A stretch of 64,000 nucleotides of DNA, from positions 54,914,588 to 54,978,587 of the forward strand of contig NC_057728.1 in the NCBI RefSeq assembly GCF_004010195.1, read 5' to 3'. The first letter of the stretch is position 1. Every line of letters begins with the position of its first letter. Made by a program: the position numbers and the translations under genes. This DNA is from Chiloscyllium plagiosum (taxonomy: Eukaryota). Positions 51,100 through 63,835 of this stretch are shown here, in pieces. The notes beneath the pieces were generated by a model, which made no database searches, was not told where the DNA came from, and worked only from the letters and a program-made list of their open reading frames with translations.

Positions 51100-52210
51100 C
51101 ACCCTCGCGGGTTCTCCCCTATCTACCTATGTAGCTTTGTGGTTATTGAACCACCACTCGTCGACCAGCCCGAAGAAGTCGAACCGAGGAGACCATAGCT
51201 CCCACGGAATCCTCTGCCCGTACAGTTTGAGTGGAGGCGCACAGCACTTACCGGCTCCCAGTCGTCCCGACCTTTCCACCTCCAGCCCGTTGTCGGGGAA
51301 TGGAAGACGGTGCTTCTCTGACAACCGTCCCTCGTGCCGCAACGGAGCAACGACGTTAGTTCCGCCCCTCAAAACACCGCCGTCCGGCGACCGTTTCCTC
51401 CGCTCATTAACCACAACATGCTTCCAAAACAACCAAAATAAAATGCGTTACCAGTAAGGGCCATTTCCCCCCACCCATTCGCTGACCATATTCTCTCCTA
51501 GGCTCCAAACGGCCTGCAACACAAACCGTTAGGGATGGAACACCCGGCTCAGATCGGCTTCAGAATTCACCAAGTGTAGTGGGGGGTGTGGAAGAGACAT
51601 GAGATGTGAATGATCTTACATTTAAGGCAGCGAATGACTGTAGAATAACCCAATGTAGAATTAAAACATCAATAATTCTAACGGAGAAGGCTTGAAGGCA
51701 CGTCTTTAACTTTTATGTCCCATCCTATTTATGGAGGTCCACTCTCCCCTCCTTCATGTGCGGAAGGAGCTTGTTTGGTCGGGTCCAAGCCGCGTGCGCC
51801 CCCTGCGGGAGTGGGCAGGTGGCCCCTTTTGTTTGGCGGGGTTGACGGAGCTCCCGGTTGTCCCACAGCGACGGTGATGGAGGCGCAGAGGCCGCTCGAA
51901 GGCTCGGGGCTGTCGTCCGAGTACTTTCAGAATTGGTGAGTGAATGAGAGAGGCGGATAATGAGCCGGCCGCTGTGGGAGCTCAGGCCTGGGCCTTTACC
52001 TCGGCGAACACTTCCGCATCTGTGTCGATCCCCCAGCGTCGACTTCACTCACTCTCTTCCCCTCTTTGTGTTCACCCCCAGGTACGGGAGCTCCGACCCG
52101 CTGGCGGCCCGACTCTGGCAGGCCCAGGCCCAGGCCCAGGCAGCCACAGGGCCCGATCCCTACAGCCTGGAGGAGGCCGCAGCTCCTCCAAAAGAGGCCG
52201 GACAGGGTAA
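51100..52210. promoter_or_regulatory. CpG-island bidirectional promoter for UQCC6 and TDG
   Basis: CpG-rich region spanning the UQCC6 exon-1 donor (51252) and TDG exons 1-2; GC box CCGCCC near 51362 and ETS-like GCGGAAG near 51760. Confidence 0.8.
51252..51360 (-). other. UQCC6: Putative non-coding first exon of UQCC6 (upper boundary approximate)
   Basis: Strong minus-strand donor GCCG|GTAAGT at 51252/51251 inside the CpG island shared with TDG. Confidence 0.6.
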
Positions 52211-55200
52211 GAGTATCCAGGATTGAATGGATGTATTTCGTATTGTGAAACTCACCGTAGATCATCGACAATAAAATTACAACTCCGCCTGGAAAACAGA
52301 CGTTAAATATAAATTGTAGCTTTTTCTGCGACCTGTTGACTGTCTCAGCGCTCAATAAGGTAGCAGGCCAGGAAGCTGGAGTTCTTCTCACCAGATGGGC
52401 AATGATCCGTTTTATATCTTTAGTAAAACCTCACAAGGCGCTTCATAGGAGCATAAGTTAAATTTACACCCAGCCAAGTAGGGAGTTGTAAGGCCAGATG
52501 ACCAAGAGTTTGGGCAGTGGGGTTGGTTTTAAGGTGTGCCTTCACAGGAAAGCATGGTGCAGAGAGATACCTGGTGAAGGGCAGTGTTCCGAAAGTTAGT
52601 GCTTCCAAATAAACCTATTGGATTATAACCTGGTGTTGTGTAATTTTTAACCAAGTTTACAAAGCGTCTGGTTCTGCCTCAGTTGCCAGGGAGAGGGACA
52701 ACATTAGTGACTAGGGATTGAAATTTGGGATGACGATTAATGATTATGGCTTTTGACTTCCCACTGTTTAATCAGAAAGAAACATCTGCCAAATGAGCTC
52801 TGTCAAAAAAGCAGTTTGAAAATGAGAGAAGATGGCAGCATCCAGTGAGGACTGCAGAGGCTGGAGATTAGAGGCAAGGTTAATGTGGTGCTGGAAAAGC
52901 TCAACAGGTCAGGCAGCATCCGAGGAGCAAGAAAATCGACATTTCGGGCAGGATCCCTTCATCAGAAATGAGGCTGGGAGCCTCAAGGGTGGAGAGATGA
53001 ATGGGAGGGGGGTAGGGCTGGGGAGAAGGTAGTTGAGAGTGCAATAGGTGGATGGAGGTGGGGATAAAGGTGATAGGAAGGAGAGGGGGTGGAGCAGATA
53101 GGTGGGAAGGAAGATTGACCGGTGGCACAGGTCCTGAGGATGGTGCTGAGCTGGAAGGTTGGAACTGGGGTGGGGGGGGGGAAATGAGGAAACTGATGAA
53201 GTCCACATTGATGCCCTGGGGTTGAAGGGTTTCAAGGCGGAAGATGAGGCATTCTTTCTTCAGGCATTGGATGGTGAGGGAGTGGCAGTGGAGGAGGCCC
53301 AGGACCTGCATGTCCTCGGAAGACTGGGAGGGGGAGTTGAAATGTTTGGCCACGGGGCAGTGGAGTTGGTTGCAAAAATGCTATCTCATATTCCCAATTC
53401 CTCCACCTCTGCAGTATCTGGTCCCAGGAGGACCATTCCACCACAGAACACAGCAGATGGCCTCCTTCTTTAAAGACCGTAATTTCCCCTCCCATGTGGT
53501 TGAAGATGCCCTCAAATGCATCTCATCCATGTCCCGAACCTCCATCCTCAAACCGCAACAAGAACAGACCCGCACCCCCCCCCCCCCCTCCCCGGTCCTC
53601 ACCAACCTCCGCATAAACCGCACCATGTGCTGACATTTCCGTCACCTACGAACAGACCCCACTACTAAGGATATATTTCCTTCCCGACCCCTATCCGCTT
53701 TCCTCGAAGACCGTTGACTACTTGGTCAGGTCCATGCCTCCCAACAACCCACCCTACCCTCTTTGTCACCACAAAATTTGCAAAACCTGCGCCCACTATC
53801 TCTCCTCCCACCTCCCCTCCATTCAAGGCCCCAAAGGAGCCTTCCACATCCATCAAAGTTTCTCCTACACTTCCACAAATATCATTTGTTGCATCCGTTA
53901 CTCCCAATGCGGTCTCCTTTACATTGGGGAGACTGGATGTTTTCTCGCAGAGTGCTTCAGGGACACCTACACCAGTCAACACCACTGCCCCATGCCTAAA
54001 CATTTCAACTCCCCTTCCCACTCTGCTGAGGATATGCAGGCCCTGGGCCTCCTCCATCGCCACTCCCTCACCACCCAATGCCTGGAGGAAGAACGCTTTA
54101 CCTTCTGCCTCGGGGCCCTTCAACCCCAGGGCATCAATGTGGACTTCACCAGTTTCCTCATTTCCCCTCCCCCCACCTTACCCCAGTTCCACCTTCCAGC
54201 TCAGCACCGCCCTCATGACCTGTCAATCTTGCTTCCCACTATCCGCTCCACCCTCCTCTCTGACCTATCACCTTTTCCCCTTCATCCACGTAGTGCACTT
54301 TCAGCTATCTTCTCCCCAGCTCCACCCCCTCACATTTATCTCTCCTCCCCCGGAGCTTCCAGCCTCGTTCCTGATGAAGGGCTCCTGCCCAAAATGTCGA
54401 TTTTCCTGCTCCTCGGATGCTGCCTGACCTGTTGTACTTTCCTGCATCACTCTAATATTGGCATCATGTGAGGTACAGCTTTGTCTCAAGCATGTATGTG
54501 GACAGTGATACTGTGTTTAAAGATGATGTTGCAAAGAAATATGGACCTTTGGGGGCACCCAAGGTACTGTAGCAGAACTAAAAGCTATTGTAGGTAATCT
54601 GTTGACAGTGATAGATAAATAAGAATGCAGCTGGATGAGAGTAGTCCCAACTGTTTTGGAGGAAGGTTTGGTTAATTTAAGAGTTTGCAAGCACCTGATG
54701 ATGATAATAGATCATCCATCATTGTCAAAATTACTTAGAATATTTGAGTAAGGCAGGCAGCAGCATGCTAACAGACTTTAGAGAGTAAAGGAATGTTGAA
54801 GATGGGGTAGTTTTAGAGGTAAAGGAGTCAAACTTGGGTCTCACAAATGTATACAGTCATAGAGATGTACAGCATGGAAACAGACCCTTTGGTCCAAATC
54901 ATTCATGCCGACCAGATATCCCAACCCAATCTAGTCCCACTGCCAGCAACTGGCCCATATCTCTCCAAACCCTTCCTATTCATATACCCATCCAGGTGCC
55001 TTTTAAATGTTGCAATTATACCAGCCTTCTACCACTTCCTCAATCTATACATGTACCACCCTCTGTGTGAAAAAGTTGCCCCTTAGGTTCTTTTTATATC
55101 TTTCCCCTCTCACCCTAAACCTATACCCTCTAGTTCTGGACTCCCCAACCCCATGGAATAGACTTATTTATTTATCCTATCCATGCCCCTCATGATCTTA

Positions 55201-58200
55201 TAAACCTCTATAAGGTCACTTCTCAGCCACTGGCACTCCAGGTAAGACAGTCCCAGCCTATTCAACTTCTCCCTATAACTCAAATCCTCCAACCCTGGCA
55301 ACATCCTTGTAAATCTTTGAACCCTTTCACGTTCCTGATAGAAAGGAGACCAGAGCTGCAATATTCCAATAGTGGCCTAACCAATGTCCTGTACAGCCAC
55401 AACATGACCTCCCAACTCCTGTACTTAATACTCTGACCAAGAAAGGAAAGCATACCAAACACTGCCTTCACTATCCTATCTACCTGTGACTCTACTTTCA
55501 AGGAGCTATGAACCTGTACTTGAAGATCTCTGTTCAGCAGCATTTAGAACATAGAAGAATGCAGCGCAGTACAGGCCCTTTGGCCCTCGATGTTGCGCCG
55601 ATCCAAGCCCACCTAACCTATACTAACCCACTATCCTCCATATACCTATCCAATGCCCACTTAAATGCCCATAAAGAGGGAGAGTCCACCACTGCTACTG
55701 GCAGGGCATTCCATGAACTTACGACTCGCTGAGTGAAGAACCTACCCCTAACTTCAATCCTATATCTACCCCCCCTTAATTTAAAACTATGCCCCCTTGT
55801 AATACCCGACTCCATACGCGGGAAAAGGTTCACACTGTCAACCCTATCTAACCCCCTAATCATCTTGTACACCTCAATCAAGTCACCCCTAAACCTTCTT
55901 TTCTCTAATGAAAACAGCCCCAAGTGTCTCAGTCTTTCCTCATACGATCTTCCTTCCATACCAGGCAACATCCTGGTAAACCTCCTCTGCACCCGTTCCA
56001 GTGCCTCCACATCCTTCCAATAGTATGGCGACCAAAACTGCACACAATATTCCAGATGCGGCCGCACCAGAGTCTTATACAACTGCATCATGACCTCAGG
56101 ACTCCGGAACTCAATTCCTCTACCAATAAAAGCCAGTACGCCATATGCCTTCCTCACCGCACTATTTACCTGGGTGGCAACTTTCAGAGATCTGTGTACA
56201 TGGACACCAAGATCCCTCTGCTCATCCACACTACCAAGTATCCGACCATTAGCCCAGTACCCCATCTTTTTGTTATTCTTCCCAAAGTGAATCACCTCAC
56301 ACTTAGCTACATTGAATTCCATTTGCCACCTTTCTGCCCAGCTCTGCAGCTTCTCTATATCCTGCTGTAACCTGCCACATGCTTCCTCACTGTCAACAAC
56401 TCCTCCGACTTTTGTGTCATCCGCAAACTTGCTCACCCAACCTTCTAACCCCTCTTCCAGGTCATTTATAAAAATGACAAACAGCAATGGTCCCAAAACA
56501 GATCCTTGCGGAACACCGCTAGTGACGGCACTCCATGAAGAAACTTTGCCATCAACTACTACCCTACTACTTCCTGAGTCCTTACCATTAAGTGTATAAG
56601 TCCTGCTAAGATTTGCTTGAGTTTTTTTAAGGAAGTAACAAAGGTGATTGAAAACAGGACAGTGGATGTGGTAGAATCATAGATGTGTACAGCACGGAAA
56701 CAGACCCTTCAATCCAACTTGTCCATGCCGAGCAGATATTCTAAATCTAGTCCCATTTGCCAGCATTTGGCCCATATCCCTCATAAACCCTTCCTACTCT
56801 CATACAACATTTAAAAAGGTAGCTGGATGGGTAATTGTACCAGCCTCCACCACTTCCTCTGGCAGCTCATTCCATACAAGCACTACCCTCTGCATGAAAA
56901 GGTTGCCCCTTGGGTCCTTTTTATATCTTTCCCCTCTCACCCTAAACCTATGCCCTCTAGTTCTGGACTCCCCCAACCCCAGGGACAGGACTTATTTATT
57001 TATCTTATCCGTATCCCTCACGATCTTATAAATCTCTATAAGGTCACTTCTCAGCCTTTAGAGCTCCAGGGAAAACAGTCCCAGCCTATTGAACTTCTCC
57101 CTATAGCTCAAATCCTCCAACCCTGGCAACACCCTTGTAAATGTTTTCTGAACCCTTTCCAGTTTCACAAAAGCCATCCTATAGCAGGGAGACCATAATT
57201 TCACAAGGCTTTTGACAGAGTCCCTCATAGCAGCCTGGTCCAGAAGATAAAGTCACATGAGATCCATGGTGAACTGGTAAGATGGATACAAAACTGACAT
57301 GGTCACAGAAGACAGTAGTGGTGGTGGGGTGTTTTTTTGACTGGACATCTGTGACCAGTGGTGTTTCACAGGGATCGATGTTGACACCCCTGAAGTTTGT
57401 GATATATATGTATAAATGATATGGTGGAGAATGTAGGTGGTCTGATCAGTAAGTTTGTGGATGACACAAAGATGGGGAGACAGCAAGATATAAATAGACT
57501 GGAGACTTGGACAAATAAGTTGCTGATGGAATTTAATGAGGACAAATGCAAGGTGATACATTTTGGAATGCCTAATGCAGGAGGGAGTATAGACCAAATG
57601 ACAGAATCCTTAGCCTGAGTGTTTGGAAAAGGTGGTCAAAAAGGCTGATGGCATACTTGCCTTCATCGGTCAAGCCATAGAGCATATCATATTGCAACTG
57701 TATAGAACTTTAGTTAGGCTATATTTGGATTATTGCATACAGTACTGTTCGCTACACTATCAGAAGAATGTGGAGACTTTGGAGAGTTACAGCAAAGGTT
57801 TACCAGTCAGCATATTGCCTAGTTTGGAGGGTATTAGCTATGACGAGAGATTGGACAAACTTTGGTTTTATTTGAACACTGGAGGCTAAGGGTTGATTTG
57901 ATAGAAGTTCACAAAATTGAGAGGAATGCTACTAGGGGAATATACTATATAGGGGACATAAGTTTAAGGTAAAGGGGGAAAAGTTTAAAAGAGATGTGAG
58001 AAGAGAGGTTTTTTACATAGGGTGACAAGTACCCAAAATGCACTGCCAAAGGAGATGATAGAAGCAGATATAAAAGCATGTTTAAGAGGCGTTTTGATAG
58101 ATATGTGGATGGGCATGTAGTAGAGGCATTTGGACCCTGTAGAGACAAGGGGTTTTTAGTTTAGAAAGGCATCATGGATGAAGCTTGTTCCTCAATTTGA

Positions 58201-61200
58201 GGAGGTGTTGGTGGTGGTAGCATTTTTGAAGGAGAGTGTGACAGTATCTTTCAGGGTGGGGGGGGTGGTGGAGTGGAGGATAGAGGTGAAGAACTATTAA
58301 CAATATTGCCTAATAAAGAAACTAGAAAGAGAAAGTCGGTGATTTGCAGGTTAGTGAAAATAGGTTTTGAAAGGGCAAGTGATAGGTCCTTTGGACAAGG
58401 TGAATACAAAGATAATGAGGGGAGAATGACTGCAGAAAGTCATAAGTTTAGGGTTGGGGCAGGTGGAAGAATGGACAGTCCACACCCTGAAAATGATGTA
58501 TTAACTATTGTAAGACAATAATTCACTTTTGTACACCTCACAATCAACTTTAACCTTTTGCCATTTGTACACAACTTATTTAGAACTGACCATGTGATTT
58601 CAAGCTATTATCTATTGTCTCCAAACAAAGTCAACAACCGTTATATTTTAAAATTTTTAGCATTTTGTTGCATCTTTTTAGTCACTTGATACTTAAGTAT
58701 TGCCCAAAAAAAATCTTGTCAAAATTTTTGACTTCCACTTTCTTGCAAAAAATACCAAAGTAAAGGGAAGATGCTATTTTTACTAAGAGGGAAGTGCTTA
58801 TTGTTTGGCATGGGGACACTGATTAGTATTATCATGGACAGTTCACTAGGTTTTGATGCTTGACAGTTAACTGCCAAGGTTTGTTAAACTTTTAAAAAGA
58901 CAAGTTGACTCCGGTCAAGACATATTATTGGGTTCCATGAGAAATGTCTTCAATGGAATGATACCCAATTTCCTATCCCTTGCAAACTTCTGATACAGAG
59001 ATGGTCCATATGTGAATCTGCAGCCTTACAGAACAGACTGATTTTCAACTAGGACACTGGGAAAAGGAAGCTTATATAACTGCTCCATTTCAAATGGGAC
59101 TTTGAACACAAGATAGTGTCGAGTATGACATGCAAACTGCTGTCTACCACATCAACACATTCACAAGTGAAGATGTTTGACCTGAGTTAATTGTTCAGTC
59201 TGCACACTTGATGCTGAAAAAGGGCAAATCAATGCTATTCTGTAGTTTAATTGCTAATCTGATTATATAATTTCTCACTGTATTCTACATAGTCATGAGT
59301 GGGCCTAATGCCATCACTTTTGGTATTGAAAAGTGTCCACTCTTCCTCCGATTTCCTGAAAGATAACCATTGCATTAACTTAACTCCTTTGCACTCTTTT
59401 GATGCTATCCATTGAATATTTTAACAAATTAAGAATTGTAAGCATTAATCCTGAGTTATTCACTGGATTAAATCATCTCTTAACTAACAGGAATCAGAGA
59501 ATTAATTCGCCTTTTTCATTCATGGTACTGTGAGCATAGTCAGTCAGCCAATCCAGTATGCCTGCTAATATATCATTCCCCAACACCATGAGCTCTTATA
59601 TCGTGCAGTGACCTTGTTAAAGTACCTATTTGAGATGGCTCGGGGAATCCCTAATGGACTCAACCTGTAACCCTCTCTTGGTTCATCCTGGAGATTGTAC
59701 TCTGTAGCAGTCTTGAATATAAAACTCTTACAGGCAGTTTAGTTGAAATTATTACCTTTTTATTTACCAATGGCATCAGTGTTAACTGTAACATTGATCC
59801 CTACAAACCAGGCTTGAGCTAAGGATTTAAAACCATTAGCAGAGTAGAGATGCCAACTCTTACCCCTAAGAGCTCTCTCAGTCTACTCCTTATTGCTGAA
59901 AACAAGCTGTCTTTATACATAAATTGGTATTATGTCCTTAATTGGATGAGCAGCAATAAAATGGCAAAAGTTTGCAGAGAAAGAGAAAATCATTGACAGG
60001 TTTGAGTATGTTTAACTAATTAAGCTACATGTACATCAAAGTGGGAAGCTCTGATCAAGCGAGGCCAAATGGCCAATTGCCTTTAGCTAGATAAGCTTCC
60101 CTTTTAACAATACATCGTAACAAGAGACTCATCTAAACTGTGTGGAAAAGGTCATGTGGTAACTTTGCTTAGCTAACATGTCCAATATCATTGTCCTACA
60201 AAATGGCTTTTTCTTTTAAAATCATCTTAGATTCCCAAAATGCAAATTAAATTAATAACATTCCCAGATCTCAAGCTCCAGGGAACAACACACAAGCATT
60301 CTGTCAATGACAAGTAAGTATACACTCAAATTAGACCACAAAGGGTTAACCTTTCCACCAACTTCGATCCTGTGTCTCCCTCCTTCTCTCTGTGTCCCTT
60401 GAACCCTTAGGTCAGTGAATGTAATTTATAGAAACATGTTTTCTCTCTCTGTCTCTCACATATAAACATCTTCCAACTTTCTTACTATGTCAGTTTCAGC
60501 CTTTGTGTTTTCCTAGCTTGTAAGGGTAATGAGACATTCACATTCCAGAACAGTGAATATTAGGAAACTGAGCTTCATAAATTCAAATCTGCTCAGTGTG
60601 GTACACATGGAAATGTATCAGGATTCGTATGTGGCGCTTAGGCGGTTGGCACGGGATTCCCATTTCCTGGCTTGTCTTAGCGTCTCGCCCGTAGGTGTTC
60701 AAAGTCTGTGAGAAGATTTGTAGCTCGGGTGCTCGTTGTTGTGGTTCTGTTCGCCGAGCTGGGAATTTGTGTTGCAGACGTTTCGTCCCCTGTCTAGGTG
60801 ACATCCTCAGTGCTTGGGAGCTTCCTGTGAAGCTTCACAGGAGGCTCCCAAGCACTGAGGATGTCATCTAGACAGGGGACGAAACGTCTGCAACACAAAT
60901 TCCCAGCACGGCGAACAGAACCACAACAATGTATCAGGATTGTTCTATTACATGCGTATTACACTCAGCTTATTAAATTACAAGTTCTTTTCCTATTGAG
61001 TATGAGTTTTGTGAAGAGTTTTCAATATAAACCAGAACTGTGGTTTATATTGAACATCCAACATCCAACTGTGAAATATGTGCAGCTTCTAGCCCTCGGG
61101 TCAAAAGAAAATACGGCCAACCATTCCACAAGTGTACAAATGTTATCACCTTATTTACACCGATCTATTGACACTAAGAACAGATGTCCTTAAGTCTTCT

Positions 61201-62135
61201 GAACAAATGCTCCCCTCTGCCCGTGGTCAAGCGCTTTCCTGCATATCCTGTAGCAGATGTGTAAGGCTACAAGCTCTCTCAACCTTTCATGTGGCACTTT
61301 ATTGAATGTCTCCTGAAAATTCAAATATATTACATCTACTGGTTCCCCTTTATTTACCCTCCACTGCGAACTTGAATAAATTTGGTCAACATATTGTTCC
61401 TTTCTTAAAGCCACATTAACTTTTCTTGATTTTATGATTCTGTAAATGTCCTGACGACCCTCCCCAATATTAGATTATAGCATTTTTCAAATGGCTGGTA
61501 AACCAACTGGCCTTTTATTCCTGCTTAATTCAAGGCATGATACAGCAGATGCTGTAAATCTGAAACAAGCACAGACAATGCTGGAGAACCTGACCAGGTC
61601 TGGCACCATCTTTGGAGAGAGAAACTGAGTTACCATTTTGAGTCTTTTTTGATTCATCTAAAGGTTTAAGTCAGATTCTGTCTCCACAGATGCTGCCAGA
61701 CCTGCTGAGGATTTCCCTAACATTCTCTATTTGTTTCATTCTTGGTTTCTGTCTTTCTCCTTTCTTGCATAGATATGTTATGTTTGCACTTATCAAATCT
61801 ACTTGGATCTTTCCAAAGCCTAGGAAATTTTGAACTGCGTGCAAAAATGACAATCATTCAGGACTTAGTGGTTCTATATTCTTTCAGCAGCTCCAAAACG
61901 TAAAAGAGGAAGACCTCCAGGACCACAAAAAACTAAGACTGAGAAAAATAAGTCTGAGGGAGCAAGCAGCAAACGAGGCAAAACAGGTGGAAATACGGCG
62001 GGCAAGCAAGAAAAGATCACTGATGCTTTTAAAGTCACGAAAAGAAAAATCGATCGATTCAATGGAACAACCGAAGCTGAGCTTTTAACAAAAACCTTAC
62101 CAGATATATTGACCTACGGTTTAGACATTGTGATT
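51877..62135 (+). CDS. TDG: G/T mismatch-specific thymine DNA glycosylase; first three coding exons, continues past the right edge
   Basis: Exons 51877-51935 (MEAQRPLEGSGLSSEYFQN), 52082-52206 and 61888(or 61891)-62135, all phase-compatible. The third exon encodes KRKRGRPP...QEKITDAFKVTKRKIDRFNGTTEAELLTKTLPDILTYGLDIVI, matching the vertebrate TDG PIP degron and the start of the catalytic domain. Confidence 0.93.
52845..54445. mobile_element. Penelope-like element with ~500-bp inverted 5' arm in TDG intron 2
   Basis: Minus arm 52845-53370 and plus arm 53380-54445 both encode the GIY-YIG C-terminus (KHFNSPS.S.EDMQ.LGLLH); ORF 53722-54471 includes CKTC...GLLYIGET. Confidence 0.85.
54855..56617 (-). 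mobile_element. CR1/HER1 LINE interrupted by a younger CR1 (55545-56566)
   Basis: Host HER1 sequence breaks at ~55541 and resumes at ~56568. The insert has an uninterrupted 292-aa RT C-terminal ORF (55618-56496: FINDLE, KFADDTK, RPHLEYCVQFWSP). Confidence 0.9.
56675..58190. mobile_element. CR1 fragments: HER1 3' end (-) 56675-57200 nested in a decayed CR1 (+) to ~58190
   Basis: KFVDDTK and KCKVIHFG motifs on the plus strand; HER1 tail on the minus strand. Confidence 0.7.
60626..60927. mobile_element. Fold-back Penelope-type insert (family D) with two hammerhead cores
   Basis: 14-bp TSD AATGTATCAGGATT at 60612-60625 and 60928-60941; palindrome 60736-60929. Confidence 0.85.
60852..60891 (+). 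ncRNA. Type I hammerhead ribozyme (family D); mirror copy at 60774-60813 on the minus strand
   Basis: GCA-CTGAGGA-T-GTC(A)(T/C)CT-AGAC-AGG(G)GAC-GAAA-C-GTC-TGC: helix I GCA/TGC, CUGANGA box, helix II hairpin, GAAA box, GUC cleavage triplet. Confidence 0.7.
61535..61740. mobile_element. Old fold-back Penelope-like terminus (family B)
   Basis: Inverted arms CAGGTCTGGCACCATCTTTGGAGA versus TCTCCACAGATGCTGCCAGACCTG. Confidence 0.55.
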
Positions 62136-62774
62136 GTAAGTTTTATGTTTCCCATTATTTTAATGAATTTGATTTAGTCCAGTTGCAATGAGCAGAATTT
62201 TTAAGATCATGACATTTATTTTGAACAAATTAAGTTTCTAAAGAAAAAGATGAAGAATTTTTAGTTGAAAAGCGACACATTCAGGAACAAAAGACTGTGA
62301 TGTTTTGAAATGAATATAGATTTATGCGTTTTAACAAAGTAGCCAAACTTCAAGGTGGCTTTTGTTATCTTCCTTTTATGGGAGTGATAAAGATTAACTC
62401 TAACTCTAAAACAGTGGAATTTTGCAATTAATCATTCTGCCAGTAATCTACAGCATAAGTGTGATCAAATTGAAAAGAATCCTTGGAACTACAGTTGTCA
62501 GCACAAATCAATAATTTAAATCATTTTAGGCTAGAAATGCTTATGCATACATATGTTTTAATTAACAGAATTTCATTGTCGAGAATTGCTTGGTAAGATA
62601 AAGTCTCCCTTTTCAAATTTAATGATTTAGATTTTTTTAAACAATTGCTGTATAATTGGTGTGTGGTACACAGATGCAATATAATTTTTAAAAACCCACA
62701 AAACATTCATAAATTTGAGATAGAAATGACTAGTCAGAGGAATGGTGAGTTTGATTAGACACCAAAGAGAAGAT

Positions 62775-63835
62775 CATAGAGCTATACTGCATTGAAACAG
62801 ACCCTTCGGTCCAACTCATCCACGTCGACCAGATATCCTGAATAAATCTAGTTCCATTTGCCAGCACTTGGCCCATATCTCTCTCAACTCTTCCTATTCA
62901 TATACCCATCCAAATGCCTTTTAAATATTGTAATTGTACCACCTTCCACCACGTCCTCTGACAATTCATTCCATGCACGCACCACTCTCTGCGTGACATA
63001 GTTGCACCTTCGATCCTTCTTAAATCTTTCCCTTCACACCTTAACCTATGCTCTCGAGTTTTGGACTGCCCCGCCCCAAGGAAAACACCTTGTCTATTCA
63101 CCCCAACCATGCCCTTCATGACTTTATAAACATCTGAGGTCATCCCTCAAGCTCCAACACTTCAGGGAAAATAGCCCTGGTCTGTTTTGCCTGTCCCTAT
63201 AACTCAAAAATTCTCCAACCCTGGCAACATCCTTGTAAATATTTTCTGAGCCCGTTCAAGTTTCATGACATCCTTCCTATAGCAGAGGGACTAGAATTTC
63301 ACACATTATTCCAAAAGTGGCCTAACCAATGTTCTGTATAGCTGCAACATGACCTCCCAACTCCTGTACTCCATGCACTGAACGATTAAAGGCAAGCATA
63401 CCAAATGCTGTCTTCACTACCCTATCTATCTGTGACTCTACTTTCAAAGGACCATGAACTGCACTCCAAGGTCTTTTTGTTCAGCAACGCTTCCCAGGAC
63501 CTTACAATTAAGTATACAAGTCCTATTCTAATTTGCCTTTTCAAATTGCAGCACCTCACATTTATCAAAATTAAACTCTCATCTGCCACTCCTTGGCCCA
63601 TCTGATCAAGATCCTATCCTACTCTGAGGTAATTTTCTTCACTGTCCGCTAACCTCCAATTTTGGCATCATCTGAAAACTTATTAATCATATCTCCTATG
63701 TTCACATCTAAATCATTTATATAAATGATGCAAAGCAGTGGACCTACCATCAATCCTTGTGGCACAGCGCTGGTCACAGGCCTCCAGTCTGAAAAGCAAC
63801 CCTCCACCACCATCCTCAGTCTGCTACCTTCAAGC
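62775..63835 (-). mobile_element. 5'-truncated CR1/HER1 LINE in TDG intron 3
   Basis: Minus-strand ORF 63649-63876 (VPQGLMVGP, YINDLD, KFSDDAK) and HER1 tail at ~62775. Confidence 0.88.

Larger units (their letters stand above)
59615..61281. mobile_element. Probable solo LTR (~1.35 kb net) inserted into a CR1 remnant
   Basis: TG (59615)...CA (61281), 4-bp TSD ACCT at 59611-59614 and 61282-61285; minus-strand CR1 sequence appears contiguous across the insertion. Confidence 0.6.

Noticed and set aside
52118-52143. (CAGGCC)n repeat
   Set aside because: Encodes a short QAQAQAQA tract in the disordered TDG N-terminus; ordinary coding microsatellite.
60736-60929. Candidate pre-miRNA or CRISPR-like repeat
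   Set aside because: A single TSD-flanked inverted repeat with hammerhead cores and no repeat-spacer array; transposon origin is the simpler explanation.
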